From positions 8,341-72,340 of the forward strand of contig JAJDEJ010000109.1 in the NCBI GenBank assembly GCA_029259815.1: a stretch of DNA of 64,000 nucleotides. The letters are read 5' to 3'. The notes beneath the pieces were generated by a model. The model worked only from the letters and a program-made list of their open reading frames with translations. It was not told where the DNA came from and ran no database searches. Made by a program: the position numbers and the translations under genes. Origin of the DNA: Planctomycetaceae bacterium. Its GTDB lineage: Bacteria; Planctomycetota; Planctomycetia; Planctomycetales; Planctomycetaceae. Below, piece after piece: positions 63,619 through 64,000 of the stretch (the first letter of the stretch is position 1; each line of letters opens with the position of its first letter).

Positions 63619-64000
63619 GATGACGATCAACCCCTCTGTTGCTCAGCCGTCGCTGGGCCGATGGAGAGTGAGAGCGGCTGTCACAATCTTTGTGACGGGA
63701 AGGTTCCAGCTCCACTCCATCGCTGGTGGTATAACTGGGATCAGCTTGGATCGCAAGGCGAAATCTGCCAGTGTCAACACAATCGATTCGAGATGCTACC
63801 GAGTCCGAACCTCGCCAAGAGATGGATTCGATAGCGACAACAGATGAAATCGCGGTTGATTGCGGAAATGGCATCATGAGCGAAGGTCTGCTAGCCAGTC
63901 CTCTGGCAATTGGCTACTCTGATTTGGCGGGACTTGGCTCGGCGGGATCAGTTGTTCACCTGAAGGCACCTCGACATGCAGTGTCAATTCTGTCGACAAG

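Noticed and set aside
63557-63877. 106-aa ORF overlapping the start of the 138-aa gene, with an ATGA junction to the upstream frame
   Set aside because: Third-position GC is low for this genome, the sequence is low-complexity and Ser/Arg/Asp-rich, and it overlaps the better-supported 63202..63618 gene. I kept it only as a remark in a finding, not as a feature.

Overview
This is a 64-kb chromosomal segment at roughly 55-58% GC, judged by eye, and densely coding on both strands. The gene content suggests a Planctomycetota genome, probably Pirellulaceae-like. The evidence for that is indirect: three sulfatase-type genes, DUF1570 and DUF1573 proteins, a MoxR-DUF58-BatA operon, an H4MPT-linked gene pair, and many palindromic intergenic repeats.

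I support about 47 protein-coding genes. They include housekeeping genes (glnE, ubiX/ubiE, trkA, def-fmt, glpD, class II fba) and a sulfatase/aldolase/amidohydrolase cluster. A seven-gene Tad/Flp-type pilus locus (cpaA-tadE-cpaB-tadG-like-cpaF-tadB-tadC) lies at 55.6-62.8 kb. I saw no rRNA, tRNA, CRISPR array, transposase, integrase or prophage genes.

Observations worth a second look:
1. At least five sequence-unrelated intergenic repeat families share one architecture: a hairpin, a spacer, then the same hairpin inverted. Two copies sit inside the tad operon, and one is nested inside another element.
2. The tad locus has no secretin, TadZ/CpaE or Flp pilin gene in the window, and it has unusually long, structured intergenic regions.
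3. An exported CX5R phosphatase-like protein ends in a helical domain with a C-terminal CXXCH motif, resembling cytochrome c'. It lies next to a 2Fe-2S ferredoxin gene.
4. GlnE carries two ACT-like domains inserted between its two nucleotidyltransferase halves.
5. A eukaryote-type (DEGS-like) sphingolipid delta4-desaturase homologue is paired with an alpha/beta hydrolase.
6. A low-GC islet holds a zinc-ribbon/DUF4145 (HEPN-like) gene and a frameshifted DUF1801 gene.
7. There are two large secreted proteins of unknown function and a small Gly/Cys/Tyr-rich secreted protein with its own strong terminator.

All functional calls rest on motifs I recognised in the translated ORFs. No database search was run.
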